From Takakia lepidozioides (taxonomy: Eukaryota > Plantae > Bryophyta): a stretch of DNA of 64,000 bases. The notes under the pieces are model-generated. The model was not told where the DNA came from. It did not search any database and saw only the letters and a list, made by a program, of their open reading frames with translations. The position numbers and the translations under genes are program-made. The stretch is from NCBI GenBank assembly GCA_030704615.1, contig CM060731.1:15810001-15874000 (forward strand). The letters run 5' to 3'. Below, one piece after another: positions 36,928 through 51,300 of this stretch (the stretch's first letter is position 1; every line of letters starts with the position of its first letter).

Positions 36928-38270
36928 CGGGCCCGCAGCGGCGCGGCCCGCCAATCACCACTAAACTTCCTCGACTATCTAGAATGCACTCAAAGAACTC
37001 ATTCCTGCAATGGCTGCAGAAAATTGCGCGCAAGAGCTAACGGCTGGCGGCACGAGCATTGCGCGCAAGCGCGGGGGGCATGGCAGCAGCAACAGCAACA
37101 GCCGTAATCGTAAGCCGCTATCCCTCTCCATCCTGCTTCCCCACCACCTCCGGCATTGCCCTCACTACGCTACCTACCTACAATCATCAAGAAAACTAAA
37201 CTCCGCGAGCATTCCGGAATCTGCGAAATGCGTCACACAAGTGCGCAATGCAAAGTCTTGACCGCCTCAGTTCCGTGCATCACAGCGACATCGGAGCATG
37301 AAAGCTCAACATCCGCCTGTCCTGTCCAAGCCCCAGAGCTCGTCAGCCCCCCCGCAGCAAAGCAGCGTGGCCGGCAAGAGTGCAAGAAGCTCAAAGAAAG
37401 AAAAGATGTGTCAGAGAGCTGGCACACTGTGCCATGCGCCGGGTGCCCTCGCACGCTTCAGCGCGGGCCCGGTGACGTGGCCCGCGCTCTGGTTCGCCCG
37501 CCCCCGCCCTCTCAACGCCCACCTACTACTCCACCTAGCCTAGCCATCTCACGCTTCACCACTGGATGGATGTCCACCCCTTCCTGGATGTACTCTGTCG
37601 CCAGAATGTCCAGTCTGGCGTCAAATTCGAATTCTGCAAATGCTGAATCCTTACAACATAAGTTAAAATAAAATATTCCGGGAACAAAATCGCCGGCGGC
37701 CGTCAAGCTACAAGTGGACGACAGTCCCTTTTCACAAAACATTAAGCAATTAAAATTGTTTTAAAGGAATATATTGCCGATAAATCGACACATGGTGCCA
37801 CGCAGATGTGGCTGCCATGTCAGTCAAAAGTGGACTATCATGCCTGCCACAGTGTCCAACGCATTTCATCCATCAGTCATCGACTCTCATTATTCATCCT
37901 CCATCCACTCTAGTGCAAAGAGTTGTCTTGAAGGCAGTCCACACATTATTTAAGGGTCGAGGCGAGGTGGGTCTCATTACTTTGCGCGGACTCCAGTCAG
38001 CTCTCTATTTAAGTTAAGGCATTTTTGCGACGCATGAGATCCTCACCAGGAAGTTGGAGGCCAGTAAAACACACCGAGTGGGATTTCCAGGCCTCCGGCC
38101 TAATGCTATTTAAACCCCCCAAAAAAAAGGATCCACGATGAAAGTCTGAAACACAGCCTGGCCTTGATTCAAAAGAAAAAAGTTGTGATTACCATCAAGC
38201 AAGACATAAAGAGAGACCATTGAAACACATATCACTCCAAAGAAACACCCCAATAGTTTACATAGCGAAT

Positions 38271-38316
38271 TAACCGCAAAGCGTAGTTACGCCGGCTTCG
38301 GCCGGAGTCTTCTCTC
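38271..38316 (+). mobile_element. 46-bp family-2 retroposed element
   Basis: TAACCGCAAAGCGTAGTTACGCCGGCTTCGGCCGGAGTCTTCTCTC with an exact 14-bp TSD TTTACATAGCGAAT (38257-38270 and 38317-38330). Confidence 0.85.
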
Positions 38317-38369
38317 TTTACATAGCGAATGGGAAAATAACATTTCGAATGGACTATCCATGCAACATA

Positions 38370-38423
38370 GAAGAAGAAGAAGACTCCAGCCAAAGCCGAC
38401 ATAACTAAGAGCCACTTCGCCTT
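38370..38423 (-). mobile_element. 54-bp family-2 retroposed element
   Basis: AAGGCGAAGTGGCTCTTAGTTATGTCGGCTTTGGCTGGAGTC(TTC)4 with TSD CATGCA(A/T)CATA (38359-38369 and 38424-38434). Confidence 0.8.
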
Positions 38424-40154
38424 CATGCATCATACTACCTAAGTGAGCCGCGTGATACAACATTTTGGGAAATGTTAGTAACAACATAGGCTCACTTCCA
38501 ACTATGAGGAAAAAGGGATGAATAGTGTGCGACTCTCCCCACCACAACACACATCACATCTTCGTCATCTCAATTATATGGTTAAATTTATGCTGTATAC
38601 TCATGATGCGCGGAACATACCTCATGCACCATGTGTGACTCGCTAGGATAGATAAAATGCATTGCTGTGGAATTAGCTCATGATAAACAATGATTGTTCC
38701 ATTTATGAACTTACTATTGGCATTCAAGATGTTTACTCATAAAAACCAAAAATATTATTAAATCTGTTTTGATTCTAAAGGTCCTCCGACACTTGTTCTT
38801 AAAAACCTCCTTTCAGCACCCTTTAAAGGAAAGTGGAAATTGCAACAAATGCAACTTGCCCAACGAATTTAAGGCAAGCAAACTTCCAATCAAATCTCTT
38901 CCCATACTGGGAGGGTGGGGAGCACTGCACACCTCCCGCTCCTTGGGAAAGGGAGCAGGAGCAGGGGAGAGCAGGGACAGGGATGCGGGAATCCGGAGAG
39001 GGCCAGGGGAGCGGGGATCTAGGACTTCAAATAATTTCTGAGCTGAAAATTATTCTCTTTTATTCAGGCTGGCAATTTGATATAATATCGCGGAGTATTC
39101 CGGGGTTGGTTTCGAGACCTAGGTGGAAGCCCGATAACGATCTGTGAGTGGAAAGGGTACTCCACACGAAATACCCGGCCAAAAGATCCCGCCCTTTCTA
39201 CGCCGCGCGCCAGAAGACGTAAAAACTACATTCGCGCCTCTCCCACCCAACCAAACGAAAGATTGGTGCCTATTTGGCCGGCTCGATTTGGAGTGATGGC
39301 TGCATGATCATACCTCCTTCGACATCGTAATCAAACACACTACCCTTTCATTGAAATAAACTTCCGAGCGAAAGAAAAGCCTTTGGCCTGAAACCTAAAT
39401 TTTTTTTGGCGTGATTGGCGATGCATCTATGAAATGATCTTGCATGAAGAAGGGAGATTGTGCGCGTCAAAACAGGTATGAATAGGAAGAGTATTATTGT
39501 AGACATGCCAAACATGCCAAACCGGTTAGCAATTGAGTCCTATTATTGTCACTCATTGCACCCAGCCACCACACTACCTACCACTTACTCCGAGCATCTT
39601 TACTAGAGGAGGAGCAACAGGGAGGTGGGGATTTAACAGCAAACCCTCCCAGATGCACCTGTGAGGGTTTCCAAGCTTGCATTCAACTTGTTCTGTCATC
39701 TATTTAGAGTGTGACACTGTGACCCTTAAAATAAATTATTATATTGTACTCTAATAGTGTGTTAAAAAGGGGTCCCCAAGCACCACTCCTGAAACTAAAT
39801 GCTATAAATGCATACAGATTGGATCGATTGTTCAAAGGAATATACAGGAGTAGAGATTTCACAATGTGACCTGTTGAGGCATTTAAAAAACAAAAAAAAG
39901 AATTTAAACAAATGTTAATAACTAATTCTCAAGTCCTTTCTCCCTGTCCCTTTCTCATGCACAACTAAATCCTTCTTGTCGGAGCTGGCCTTTACTACAA
40001 CCCACCACGGTGATCTCACTGTAATCCACTTTTCCCTCTTTCAATTCTCTCCCCAAATTTGGAAAAAGCCAAAGTTTTTTTATGACATTCATTTGGTGTT
40101 GGATGTGACTGTTGACTTCACCAAGTTACTTAACTGCAGCTCATTGTACGGCCG

Positions 40155-40233
40155 CAACTAGCCCTAATTTTTGTTTTCTACAAAAATTTGCTACAACTAT
40201 CCCTAATTTTTGTTTTCTACAAAAATTTGCTAC
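40155..40233. repeat. 39-bp tandem duplication
   Basis: caacta(g/t)ccctaatttttgttttctacaaaaatttgcta occurs twice. Confidence 0.85.
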
Positions 40234-42368
40234 GAGGATGCCATGGAAATGTGGGAACTCTTAGCACTGACGAGGTTGGACACTAGAGATGGGATCACCG
40301 TGCAAAAACACCAACATTTCATACAACCACCAATTGACACCACCTACCTAACACATTGCTTCGGGTTGGGGCACTGATCGATGCCATATTCAGTGCGGAA
40401 AAGCCTTTCTTTGAAGAACCAATGTTTAGTCCATGAAAAACTAGAGATTCTCAAAGGAAAACAAAGAATCAGTTCAAGACTTCAACCAAGTTCCCAGGTG
40501 CCCTAAGCTTATATGATGCATGCTTTTAAGCTGGACGCCTCGCCTTGGTTGAGGCATTGGTTCAGGCCTACAGCCACGGTGATTCAGTGGTTAAATAACA
40601 AGGTGCGCCCTTAAAGCCCTTTTTGGCACCGACAGAGGGTTGCTTTGGAATTGTCAGAGGAGAGGTGAAATAGAGGGAGTTACACATAATAGACGGCCTG
40701 CATACCAAGGAGACTTGCACTTCCACAATCGACTTATCCATTATTACAGAGCACGGAATAGACTTAGAAGGTGAGAAGGAAAGGAAGGACAGATGATGGC
40801 ATCATCGTAGGTCTGACTAGTGGATCAGCTGCCGCACTGATTGTAAGATATATTTAAAATGGTCATCAAACAAAGGGCTTCAACAACCGTCTTGATTTCC
40901 TATGTAGCAATCCCCAACTACCAAATTACACCAAAGCTCTTACAAACTTCAACAAAATTAGCCATTGGATACCACCCAAAAGAATGACTACTCGTCTGGG
41001 CATTAGTTGAGCCGATGGCTGTGATTCTCGCCAGCACTTCCAGCATCATTACTGATCATAACCCAGATTGGCCTTTCCCAGAAAGGTTTCAATTGTTAAC
41101 AGAAAGTGAAGAACAAAGCTCCCAAACTGCGAGAACTGACTGACTCGTTAAGTGGATCCCCTTTGATCCCAAAGCATATTCAAGGTTTGAAGTATCTGAA
41201 TTATCTGACAGTAATACTTTTTTGTAATGGTACCTAGGTGAGCTAGCAGCTATAGATAACACGCATTTATTTAATATCAGCTCCATACCTTCTCTATCTT
41301 CAAACAAGAGCCCAAAATTTTAAGATACATGCAACCCAATAAATTTTAACAGACTGACAGCATCACAAGCATGAATGCCGGATTTGCAAACTTCAAGAAC
41401 CCACTAAATGTATTGAGTCTGAAACACAACGGACATGCTGTGATGTGCGCAGGTCATGCCAAACCACAAACCTAAGAGGGCTTACCTGCTGGTGAGAAGG
41501 GACAGAAGAAACAGGTAGGCCTGACACCAACATTCTCTCCCTCGTATCACGCCAAGTGACTCCATCTGCTGTTAGCGCGAGCCAAGTTCTGTTTTCCTTC
41601 CATACCGTAAGTTAAATCCAACTAATCCCAATAAGCTTTCACCAAAGAGGCTGGGTGATGCAAACTTTGCTCCATTTGACAGAACAATTCAGGCAAAGTT
41701 GCATCACCATTAAGCCCCTGGGATTGAAACACAACCATTTAGTAACCAAGCAACTTCTCATTCCAGCCCTTACAACTATGTATTCCTTTTTAAATTCCAA
41801 AACTTCTGAGATATACTTGGACTGCAGATCAGTGCTCTCGATTGTACCTAGCACCTCCATCAGATCAGACTGCCATAATGGTCTCTGTTCCTATGAAACT
41901 CCAGCAGCATACACTAACATCCAAACTGAAAAGTACATGATATCACCATATATACAGAAATAAGAAATATACTATTGCAAGATATTCCAAAAGACTTCAA
42001 GAAAAGAAAAAAAATTTGGACAAGCAGGTAAAGATGAATGGAGAGTTTTTTTGAAGACAATGTGCTAGGTGTTTGTCAACCAAGAAGATGACATGAACTT
42101 GCAGCTCTACCACTCGAGTAGCTACAAAAATAAGGTTTCTCTTGTGAATCTTCTGCTGAGGCAAATGTGACTAGGTCTTCTTTGTATGTGAAATGCACAA
42201 AAACGAGATAGCAGGCATAGAAAATGCTGCGGAAGATTAAGCCCTCAAGAAAATGAATCGAGCTGGTTCTTTATGGATATTGGTGAACCACCAACTGGTG
42301 GAACCCCGTCAGAAGTGAGTCAGGGGCTCAAGAACACACACACACAAGATGGCAGGACAGAGGTAGGC

Positions 42369-45300
42369 CTATCGAATTTCGCCATCCTCGCCAACTTCTC
42401 CGTCCTCCAACTCGTCTGCTCCTCCATTCCTCCGCCCTCCGTCCCGATCCCGCCTGTGCCGCTTTTGCTTTGTCTCCCCTTCAGACTCTGAATCATGCCC
42501 ATGCTGCACAAGACCACAGACAACATTCAAAACAGCCCATGTCAGTCGGGCGCGACGAACAAGCATTGATTATGGCCCGTACGATTTTGTGCCTACACAG
42601 GGCACTTTGTGGTAAACGTAACAACAGTGAACCTAACAAAAAAATAGCATATATCTACTGTACAACAAAAACAATCAGGGCGGAGCAGTGTTTCTCTTTC
42701 TGGCGAAAAATCGCCGGATTTTGACCTGGAAACTTGGTCAGCTACTTGTATAAAGGAATTATGCGGGGTAAAATCCGAGATTTTCGCCAAAAAGCACCAG
42801 GAGATAAATTTCAGGAGCCTAATCTTGCCGACGTGGACCAATGAAAACGTGACACCTGGAATATAGAATTTTCTAACTTTGTCATCTCGAATTTCTCGCC
42901 ACATGGGCACTGGGTGTAATTCACAGGTGGCCCCGCCAGCGATTTTGGAAATATGAAAAAAAAAACACTGGGCCGGAGGTTCTACGAAGTCAACCCAGGA
43001 CCTAAATATGGAGAACCAGCTGGACAGGCTTAGTAAGGATGATAGCCATCAATATGCTCATGCAGCGGGCTCTCCGGTAGGTGTCTTCAAGGTATACTCC
43101 AGTCATGGCAGATGCTTACCTTTCTAGACGACTTTTTGTGATCATTGCCATGTCGGCGTGACTTCTTACTGTCGTCCTTATCATCCCGATCTTTATCCGT
43201 GCCAACTTCCTCACTGCTCCCACTCCGGTGCCGTTTCTTGTGCTTCTTCTCACGATCTCTGTCCTTTTCACGTTCTTTCTCTTTCTTCTTTTCATCTTTG
43301 TGAACAGTGTGATTAGCAGCCAATTCAATGCCATCATTATGAGGGGCTTCCTTGTCTCTTTTGACTTTCTCTTTGTCTTTCTCTTTGTCTTTTTCCTTCT
43401 CTTTCTCCTTCTCTTTCTCCTTCTCTCTTTCCTTGTCTTTTTCCTTCTCCCGATCCCTCTCCTTTTCTTTCCTCCTTTCTCTTTCTTTCTCCTTCTCTTT
43501 CTCCTTCTTTGCCTGCTTTGGGAAAATACAGTATGCAAACAGATTCCAAGAAACAAAACATAAGTTCACTCCTTGTTAGCTGCAAGGAAAACAAACAAAT
43601 GCCAGCCCAGCACATCAAAATACACTTTTTCCACAGCTTCAGACAAGAAATTCTCCTCCCTTCACCCTTCCTTCCACTGATCTCATCTGTTACAGACATG
43701 TGAGACTACGAACAAATGGAAGAACAGAAGTTCAATTCCATGGCCAGCGCAAATACCCTACCTTTTCATCCTTTTCTCGTTTCCGATCCTTCTCTTTTGC
43801 CTTGTGCTGTAAGTGAGCAACATAATCATCAAAGAGCTTCTTGCGGAATGATTCGTCAGTAACAGCCCTGCAAACAATAATAGAGAGGGAAGTCACCACC
43901 AGTAAGTGAATAAACAAAAGTATGTGGCAGACAAAGTCAAGAATGCAAGTATATCACTCTGAGAGCCTACCAAACTCTGAGCCCAGAGCCAACTAAAGGT
44001 TAAAGATAGCCACATCCAAGGTAAAGATGAGCATATGAGATGAAAACAAAGGTAGCAGGATAAAGAAGTAACACAAAGAGGAAGGAAACCAGAAAGTGAT
44101 GTTTCATTACTGAGGGAGTCAGTCCAAGAGAACGAGATAATCAACTCAATCCTCTGTAAAAGCAAGCAGCTGTTAAAAGTCCACACTGACTTCATCAGTC
44201 CACGACAGCAAATGCAGATGTACTGAGTGTCTTTGTCAACAACACAGGAAGACTGGGCAAAGAATAGTTTCCGCATTCAAATCATAGAAAATACCAGTCA
44301 AGAATGCAAGTATACCTGAAATCTTGCAAATCTTCTAGCAAGGCCCTGATATCATCCCACTTTGACGTTGAAGTAATTGCCTGCACAGGTCAAGTATTTT
44401 CATGTCTTGAGTGATCCTATATATATGTCTCTGATCCTTGCAAATGGAGTCATTATCTTGACAATTTGTCAATATGAGGTAAGCACATTTGGAGACACAA
44501 ACCTTCGTGGATCGAAGCAAATCCGTGAAGTCATCTGCCAACCGGCGCCTTTTCTTTGCTTCCTTTTCCTCCTTCTCCTTTGCTCTTTCAAGAGCATCCT
44601 CAAACACAAGCTGCACCGATGACCAACAAACCCAGGACATCCATCCGACACAATGGTCACCTATTAGTACACGCTGACCGTGTTGAGTAATACACAGAAT
44701 TAAGAACAACTATGTCACACGTACAAAGAGTGAGACACAGCGACATTTAAGTAGATTTCAACAGTTGGATATTAATAAATTGCCACCTCAGTATAATAAC
44801 AGCCAAAACATTCTGAGGGGGCCCATGCACCAAACAGACACACTGAAGCCAACTCTTAATCACAGAGGAGAGTTAGAAGCATTGACAACTGAATTGATAC
44901 ACAATCCTTCACATCATGGACAGTCACATTTTAGTGGCAACTATTAGAGATTCGCTGTCCCAAGATTAGTTTCTTGATGTACAAGTAGCATAAACATAAC
45001 AGGACAAAAACCTAAACAACATACATGATATAGGGTCCAAATGAACCTTCAACACACCATTCTGACAAATCCAACGAAAACAGCACACATTAAGAGATGT
45101 CACATCACTTATTGGAGGAATAGAGGGGACTAACACTTAAAAGAGCCAGGTACCCACCAAGTATACTTACTGCAGCCCGCATTTGTGGACCCAACGGAGG
45201 TGTGCTAGATCACCGCATAACCGCTCCACAGGCAAAGCAACAGACAGGCTGGGTGCCTTTAGCTGCTACACACCAGCAGGCCTGGTGTGTAGCAGAGAGC

Positions 45301-48300
45301 AGGCACTCAGTCAGACAACCACAATTGTCACAGAGTTGTCACTAACCTTAAGGTTTGGTTCAGCTATCGCCGCCAAGTCACCTGCTTCAGCAAATGCAGC
45401 CTTGAACTTGTCGAATGTCCACGTCGCTCCAACGCTTATCTACAGTCACCAGTGGATTATTCAAACTCCCTGCCTTACTTTGGCTAAAACAACTGTCTGC
45501 CAAGGGGTGCTCTGTACAAAGACAAAAAATACCAGATACAAGCAACCAAGTCTCCTACCTTTCCAGCCTTCATCGCATCCTTCGCGTGCGCCTTATCCTC
45601 GTGGTACTGTCAACATAATATGCAGGATTTAGGCATCAAATTCCTCAAAATGCAATATACAACTAAAGGCAACGTACATCACGCAGCACTGGATTTATAT
45701 TAAGCAGTTCCAAGTCCTGTCCAATAGTGCCCCATCACGATGGCACCTTAAACCACTTCGTTGATCCTTTGGACCTGGATCCTCCTACTACTGCCATGTC
45801 TCCATCGCCTAAACTGAGCTCAAAGTCAAGAAAAGCGCAGGCATCTGACCCTCCTTGTAGTTAACTATTCTACATAGGTACCAACTGGAACAGAAAGCAG
45901 GAGTTAGACAGGGAGAGGAAAATAAGCTCGTCACAGCAGACTAAAGAAAAATCATTCATCCACTCAGCTCAAGATACGCAACTACAAGCAGACACAAAAG
46001 CTAGTCCCAAACAAAAATGCTGTGAGATGTTGGGAAAGAATCCAGAATGGAAGATTGATACAAGGATGCCCAAGAACAGATTTACAGGACGGAACACCTA
46101 TCCATCTTAGTAGCATGCAGCCTTTTGTCAAGAGACTAGCCATATAGAATCCAGTTTCGTGCGAACAGGTCCAAATTCATGACCATAAGGCCTACTTTGC
46201 AAGAACTGTAGTGGCCATACACAGCAACTTCCTACCAAAAACAGGTCGCTCCCTGCAATAAATGATCAGCATGTGTTCTCTGATGACATCCCTACCACCC
46301 TCTGGACCCTATTGACAATTTGCGCCCATGATCTTCAGTCGTCATTTCTTGATATGAATGTGAAGAAAGTCACTCCCACAATGTCATAAAATGGTACCGT
46401 TCAACTGCTTCCCACAGCCATAGAGCTTAGGCAAGAGGACCAAGACAATTATTTGCATGAACTGAGAAAACATTCCAGTACACACACACAGGATATACCT
46501 GCTTATCAAGCTCTTCCAAGACATCCTCAAACAGCTCCTTGGGAGTAGAGCCAGAGGTGTTTGCAGCCACTGCTTGGTATGCAACGTGATCCTTAACCTG
46601 CTCCAGTCCATGTTTTCATCACAATATGTACCATGTCTGCTTGTTATCTACCATGCATGAATAGAAGAGAAGTCAACCTAAAGATGAAGCACAGTAAACA
46701 GAGTTGAATAAGAGTCACTAATGACGTAGTGGTTGAGGGGAATGCAACACACCTTCCCCAAATAGTCTCTCCACAAAGTCTTGGCTGTGAGTAGTCCCAA
46801 GGCCTTATGCTCGTCCATCAACTTTCTAAAATCGTCACGATTTCTGCGCTCCTTGCGACGCATTTGCTCCTGCAATTGTGCAACATCAAATTGCTCTCCA
46901 TATCACAAAACTGACAAACTGCACCGCTCCCCCCGCCGTTAAGCAAGAAGAACTAAAATAATACAAGCTTAAGGAGCAACCTTCTGGAGTTTTTTCTCCT
47001 CTTCCTCCTCTTTCTCCAGGTCCCGAATGTACTCCTACAAGAACAAAGACAAACCCATTAATATAACCACTCCAGCCGGATCTCAATTAGGAAAAAAACC
47101 ACCTTTCCCACTCCACGTTAGCCAGCCTCAGAAATGATATTATGTCAACCTTTCAACAGCCACCACTCATGAAACATCACTAAGACTACAAGATGATCAC
47201 CTGGAACACCTCAAGCCGATCAAGTTTGTCCAGACGAGAGCAACGTTCATCATCTTCTAGCCTGTCCTGCACCTTCCTCCACTGTGTATTGGCCTGCAAA
47301 TGCTGACAACCGATCTTAGCAAAGCTGAAATGATTAAAAAGCACACTTTGCCTCATCAACAAATTATTTGGAAGGGCAGGGGAAACATATTTACCCTAAT
47401 AAAGTCACATGAATCCAAAAATATTCTGTATTCTCCCAGATTCTTTTTTCTCTCTTCCCGAGCCTTTTCTCGTTCCTGACACAGAAACATCACAACGTTA
47501 CTTCCCATGAGTTCTCAGTGCAAGCCAAGCTCAAAACATGAAGGATCACAAAGCTGGTTGCCCATTAGCATGATTAGGTGGTACAACACAGCATGATAGT
47601 ATTAAAAGCATAAACCACAGCTGCATCGAGCTTGTGACATCTACAAAGAGAAACCACTTGCACAATTCACCCAGAGGACAGTAACTCTGATGTCACACCT
47701 TACGATCCAAATCTACCAAGTAATCCTCAAAAAGCTCTTCTCGCTCGCGATCCTTTTCCACACCCAGAAACCTTGGGTCGTCTTCAAACATAGCAAGAGC
47801 CTTGCTGTTGAGAACACATGGAAACACATGCCAAACACTTTTGTCAATTGCAAATATATTCATGATATGCTTCACAAGAATTCATCATCACAGAGAACCT
47901 CGCTGCTTAAGTGCAAGGACAAAGGAATTGCATGAAGATAGCCTGATGAGCTGGCGATCAAAAGCTACCACTAAACCATTTCCATGTGGGAACAATGACT
48001 GTGATTGCTAAAGCAATTGTTGAGCAAAGAAAATAACCTCCAGCGCATTGTTGAGGTGAGCTCCTTCGATTCCTGAAGGAAACAATTGATGTATGTAAAG
48101 ATGGATAAAGATCTTTGTTTCAATCCATGTGAACTTAGACCTGCTTCAATCACATTTTGCTACACAAGAGGAACGTGTATGCAACATTACCTATGATCCC
48201 CTGTGGATAGATACTACAACAAACCTGCATGCATTGCGGAAAGACACTAGATTATGGCTCTTTTGTCCCACTACCTGAAAATGGATCACCGTGTTACCTT

Positions 48301-51300
48301 CTACCCATAGATAAAATAACAAAAAAATGTATGACTCCAGTTCACACTGCAAAGGTGACTGCAATTAGAGGATACTGGAAACTGGCAAGTACACATTACC
48401 TCCAGCATAATCAAAAACTCTTCTCGTGCCTTCTTTTGCTTGAGCCGTTTTTCCTCCGTCTCCTGCTTCTTTCGTTGCGCAAGATACTAAGATGAGGCAC
48501 ACACGCAACCAAAAAGCATATGAGCCACCTAGATTTGCATCTGACCAAACAAAGTGCAAACATCGACCACTTTCAAGACCGAGACATTCAAAGACGCCAT
48601 ATGTTCCTACAAGTTGCCCACAGCTGAGACCTTAGATGAACAGTTTACCTTTCAACATAAGTCAACACAGCATACAGAGACAAAGATACTACATACAAGA
48701 GTTCATGCACTGAATGTACAGCTATAGATATCCATATTTCAATTCTGCAAGTGAGAAAGAAGACCATGGTACTAAGAATATTCATTTTACTAGTATGCCC
48801 TGAACCCAAGCGACGGGGATATGACAACACTCTCAAGACCCAGTCTGCCGGGTACAGTATCTTCTACACAGATTGGTTGTGTGGTGATAATATAATGTAG
48901 GCCATGCTCCAATCGAAGATAACACCAGAACGAAGAAAAGTTCCTTACACATCTATTCACATGTCAATCAAGGTCCAAAAAGAACAGTCCTAGTGAGCTA
49001 TATAAGCTCGCCATTTTGGTAAACAAGTCTAATAAAGGACAAAAGCAGCTACTGGAATGCAACAAACAAAACCACAGTACAGAAGTTCTTACTTCATTAA
49101 ATGCCTGCTTGCGCTCTCCGAGGGTTTTGAGAGCACCATAGCGTTTGTCATTTATGATCACTCGCATTGCCTGCATATCAACCGGCCTTCATAAATAACC
49201 AATTCAAAGGTGTGTACTGTAGAGTACCTGCTCTGCAGAACCTCCATCCCTAGTCTCCCCTAGCCCCACACACGATTTCCAGCCACTTTAAAAAACGAGC
49301 TGACTAATAATGGCTGGATTGATTATATGTCTGCTAACCCATTTCATCAACCTGAATATAACACAACTACCACCAATCACACATCACGAAAATGGGACGA
49401 GGTAAGACTCAGACCTGCTCCCAGGTCCAATCTGACTCAACGTGGACAGACTCCAATAACTCTTTAAATGCATTTTTGGCTTCCTGAGAGAGAAACAACA
49501 TTGTCAGATAAATACTGCAAGTATCGCTTGCTGTGCCAACAGAAGCAAAATGAAGACTAAGAAAAGAACTAGTTTTATGCTGGCATGTAGACGAAGCCAA
49601 CATCAGAAGCAACCAATCTACATCAAATACATCAGAGCAAACAAACTTACAGTCTTGGTGGCATAAGTCAACGGCTCTTCAGCAACAGGTGCAGGCTTCT
49701 CATCTACTACAGGTGTCACATTGATCTTGCCAGCAAGGGGCATAACCTTCTTGGCCTCCTACATCACACAGTTAGCCAGATGTTCATAAAATCCAACAAA
49801 ACCATCCACCACATTTAAATCACATGTATAGGACTGCACAGTGTCTTGACAGCTTCCATAAGACAAAAAACTGGTTCCTGCATCAGTTGCAGTTTTTGGG
49901 CAGGAACATATGTACAAATCCTGTCAAGAAACAAGGAGCTAAAGAAATTTCTAACTTGCACTAGCCACTGTCAAAAGCTTCTCAGTCCATTACCCCAGTA
50001 ATATTTAAAAGGAGACATTCACATATAGAGACCAGGCCATTGAAGCATGGAGATCTAAGTTCAACCAGATGGGAGCCACAATGGGATGATATCCAAGATC
50101 TGAACAATTACCTCAAGGTCCTGAGCAGATGCTTCCTCCAACGTCTCCTCTTTAGACTCTTTCACAGCAGCCTCATCAACAGTTCTACAAAGGGCAATTT
50201 CACAAAGGTCACTCACCTGCAGTGGCTCATATGCATAGGCAATCATGGAACCCTAGCCTGTACTCCAGAACGCACCTCCACCAAGAGAATGAGGCTCATC
50301 TTCCACCAAACATATGTGCACTAAAACACAAAGACTTGTATGCCTAAATATATCACCTGATAGTCCCCCCATGGGGTTACCAAGACAAGCTAGCTCAAGC
50401 AAAGAAAAACCTTCACTTGAACAGAAATACGAGCCAAAGAGGTTAGAATAGCAGTCTCACAGCGTGCCAGCTGAAGGTGCTGGAGAAGTAATGGCAACAG
50501 CAGCAGCAGCAGCAGCAGGAGGGGTGATTGTTGGGAGAGGTACTGCAGGAGTGGCAGCAGGCGGTGGGATCAGAAATGAAGGAAGGGAAGTGGGTGGTTT
50601 TGGAGATGCCACCGGAGGTGCAACAACCATTGCTGGTGAAGTGCCTGCTCCAGCTTCTACCATTGGTGTAGAGGGAGCTACTACTTTTTCTGCTTGCTCG
50701 CGGGCAACCTGGATATGGCACCCAAATCCCATGAGGAGCCATGTCTATTTGGAAAATGAATTAAACAATTGTAATCTTGGATCAGCAAACTCCCAGATAG
50801 CAGAACAAAAAGCGTAAACTTGCCATAACTGGCAGACTCTACGCACGACTTCAACATGTCACTGTGCTGTCTAGGATTATGCAAGCGCATCAGAAAGGAA
50901 AGCGTAAAGTAGTACAACAATGGGATATATAACAACAGATTTCCAAGACCTCACTGGCATGAGACTGAGGTCAAAGTAGGTACACAACATCCAATGATGT
51001 GAGGTACTGAAACAATCAAAAGTGATTCCCATAGAGCACAATTAAGCCCCTTTTTGTTTCATAATCTGCATAACAACCGACGAATGTAGTTCAACAGCAA
51101 GGGAGCAACATGACCGAACCTTCATCTCCTCTGGCATTATCCACTTAGACTGCTTTGTGAGCTTGTTGTAATAGTACCTGATTATTCAGAAGCCATTCAC
51201 AAACAGACAACCAAGACCACCAATGGTATTAATAGACATCACAAATTGGAGATCAGCTTTATTCAGAAAGTGCCATTAAGCAAACACTAGTGTAAAGATG

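Noticed and set aside
37700-37920. Possible MITE with GCCATGTCAG motifs
   Set aside because: The TIR match is too weak and no TSD was found.
40789-40844. Box C/D snoRNA-like pattern (ATGATGG...CTGA...CTGA with a short terminal stem)
   Set aside because: Only about 56 nt, with an imperfect C box that lies in a local palindrome and no recognisable rRNA or snRNA guide complementarity. snoscan would be decisive.
43228-43579. Hydrophobic and Ser/Phe-rich plus-strand ORFs
   Set aside because: Antisense shadows of the PRP40 KE repeat.
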